From Octopus vulgaris (taxonomy: Eukaryota), in assembly GCA_951406725.2 (NCBI GenBank), contig OX597817.1, forward strand, positions 141,112,001-141,176,000: 64,000 bases of DNA. Reading direction: 5' to 3'. Shown piece after piece: positions 61,211 through 64,000 of the stretch. A program made the translations under genes and the position numbers. Position 1 is the first letter of the stretch, and every line of letters begins with the position of its first letter. The notes under the pieces are model-generated. The model made no database searches. It was given only the letters and a program-made list of their open reading frames with translations, and was not told where the DNA came from.

Positions 61211-63934
61211 CTAATCTAATACTCTCAGAGATTTCCTCTGCAAAATTGGGATAACAGTGGCCTGCCTGAGAATTGAACCCTGTGAGATGGAGCAGCTACT
61301 GCAGCAAGTGTTACTGGTCATTCTCTGTTGCAACACCATCATGGTCATTACCAGGGGTAGGGCATGACTGAGCACCCTACTTGTTCTGGGATATGTGGCC
61401 CATTGCCCCCTCCCCTCTATTTTCTACTTTTTTACTCTCCCCACCTTCCTTTTTTCCTTTTCTTTTCCTTTCTCATCTCTCTTCTTGTTTCTCTGTATTT
61501 GTGTGAATCTTTCAAATTTAACACCTCCAATAAACATCTATTTATTACTATCATAGAGCAACGAACTGTCTGAGACAGGCTAGGATTGAAAGAATTAAAC
61601 AAGGGACGTAACTCTGTTTGACTAGCTGACAATTCTAATTTTATGGCTGGCTGTGGTAGCAATATTACCCAGCCATGAACAAGATTTGAGTCAAACTCTC
61701 CAAATTTTTTTATATATTTTGAATAATCTAGAATGAAATAAACACATATCGGAGTTGTATCTGTCTAGCTAATGATTTGATCTGAAACTGTTTATTAAAA
61801 CAGAACTAACGACAGTGTGAAGAGCCTCTTCTTAGGACCACTTCTTTTCTCACCCACTTTGCACTCACATCATCATCATCCATTGAACACCCCTTTCCCT
61901 CAAACACTCTCATGTCCCCTATCAAAATCCTACCCACACTTTTTATTGTAACCCACCACATCCATCCTGAGTGCCTCTAATCTCTGGGGGTTTTTTTCTG
62001 TTTTTTTTTTGCAATGTTACTTCTATCCCCACCGCACTTCCCCTTCATCTTCCTATTTCATTATACTGTTGTTCTCCAGTTCGCCTTTACGTATTATCTC
62101 CTATCACTTCCTATTTTCCTTCACTTTCCCTACAAACTGAGGTGCATCACTGTCCATACCTCCTTTCATGTTCATCATTCACTACATTCACCTCTGACTT
62201 CATTTCTATTGTCTGTCACCCTCACACTCCTCAACTTAACGACCGATCAAGCCACTCTCGGTCCGCTGTCCCTATTCTCTCTTATATTTACCATCTTTGT
62301 ACCTATTTCTTTATTACCCACAAGGGGCTAAACATAGAGGGGACAAACAACCACAGACATAGGTATTAAGTTGATTACATCGACCCCATTGCGTAACTGG
62401 TACTTAATTTATCGACCCTGAAAGGATGAAAGGCAAAGTCGACCTCGGCGGAATTTGAACTCACAACGTAACGGCAGCCGAAATACCGCTAAGCATTTTG
62501 CCCGGCATGCTAACGTTTCTGCCAGCTCGCCGCCTTGTACCATCTTTGTACCTCGAGGATAAACCTTAACACCCCATCTTCACTATCTGTTCCCCTTTTC
62601 TGTTGAAGTAACCATGCATCTCCTGTCGTTTCCTACATTAGCCTCTCAACACATGATAAAAAAAACACCCTCAATACTGCTCCCTCACTCATTTGAGAGG
62701 ATCTTGTTTTGCGAGTTACTTGGTGATCTCTGTTGCTGGTACCACATGAAAAGCATCCAGTACACTCTGCAAAATGGTTGGAATTAGGAAGGACATCCAA
62801 CATCAAAAACCTTGCTAAAGCAGACATTGGAAATCAACTCAGCCCTCTGACTAGTTGGATTCTGTCAAACCATTTAACCTGTGCTAGCACAGAATCATCA
62901 TCATCATCATCATCGTTTAACGTCCGCTTTCTATGCTAGCATGGGTTGGACGGTTCAACCGGGGTCTGGGAAGCCAGGAGGCTGCACCAGGCCCAGTTTG
63001 ATCTGGCAGTGTTTCTACAGCTGGATGCCCTTCCTAACGCCAACCACTCTGTGAGTGTAGTGGGTGCTTTTTACGTGCCACCGGCGCAGGTGCCAGGGGA
63101 GGCTGGCAGTGGCCACAATCGGTTGGTGCTTTTTACGTGCCACCGGCACGGAGGCCAGTCCAGGCAGCGCTGGCAACAGCCACGTTTGGATAGCTCTTTT
63201 ACGTGCCACCGGCACTGGTATCACAACTACTATTTCCATTGATTTTTGATCAATTTTAATTTCACTTGCCTCAACAGGTCTTGATGATGATGTGTGAGTG
63301 TATGTGTGTGCATGTCCATATCTGGAGATTGCATGACGATCAGTAATAAGCATCATTTCTTTCCAATCTCCCATGAAAAAACAATTCTAACCACAGAGAA
63401 ATATAACCTTGCATGGGAACGTGTAGGTTGGTGACAGGAAGGGAACCCAACCCTAGAAAATCATCCACAACAAATTCCATTTCACTTGTGCAAGACATGC
63501 ACAAGTGGACATTAAATGATGATGATGATGATTGGCAGAATTGTTACAGCATCAGTAAAAATGCTTTGTGCTATCTTTTTTTTCGGTTCTCTACGTCCTA
63601 AGATGAAATCTCACTGAGGTCAACTTTTCCTTTCATTTCTTTTAGGTTGATAAAATAAAACTGCATCTTATCTAGGCTCTTTTCCTAATTAATTGATTTA
63701 TAACCCTTTCCGTAATGTACAAGACCTCCTCTGTAATTACACCTTTCTCCTTTACACTTGTAACAGTTGACTATAATGCTGCCACACCATTCATTGGATA
63801 TCACATCTTCCTGGTCTGCTTGGGGCTATAATAGCAGATGTGTTTCACCACCACACACCCCTACCTGTGGTGCTTATTTTCATTGTAAACTGATTTTTTA
63901 CATAAATTGACAATTTTATTTTTTTCTCTACTAG

Positions 63935-63984
63935 AACATGGGAAACAGTAAGTCGAGTTGTCAATGACAAAACTTCGGAACGAG
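63935..63984 (+). CDS. NUDT5: NUDT5 coding exon 3 (gene continues beyond window)
   Basis: tttttctctactag acceptor, phase-compatible with exon 2. Encodes (R)TWETVSRVVNDKTSER, compared with NUDT5 RTWESVKRTT. GTCAGT donor. Confidence 0.88.
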
Positions 63985-64000
63985 GTCAGTTGAGATAATT

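Overview
AT-rich, repeat-dense animal genomic DNA, probably an octopus (inferred from recalled SINE/LINE families, not from a search). Three protein-coding loci are supported. (1) An intronless rho-class glutathione S-transferase on + (10770-11447). (2) A four-coding-exon gene on - (48615 to 30836), only fragmentary in the ORF track, that splices into a 245-aa secreted protein: signal peptide, atypical C-type lectin domain, PAN/apple domain. (3) The first three coding exons of NUDT5 on + (55560 onward, continuing past the window). The rest is mostly mobile DNA: RTE LINEs whose 3' UTR carries variable arrays of hairpin modules, CR1 and R4/Dong remnants, tRNA-derived SINEs, a hAT element with an 8-bp TSD, piggyBac-type and Helitron-type non-autonomous elements, solo LTRs and microsatellites. 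The most notable non-coding signals are hammerhead-ribozyme folds on the - strand upstream of the lectin gene, one with an intact core and an unusually long stem II. Others are long DNA hairpins, motif-rich minisatellites and an inversion inside a CR1. All calls were made by eye, and repeat boundaries are approximate.
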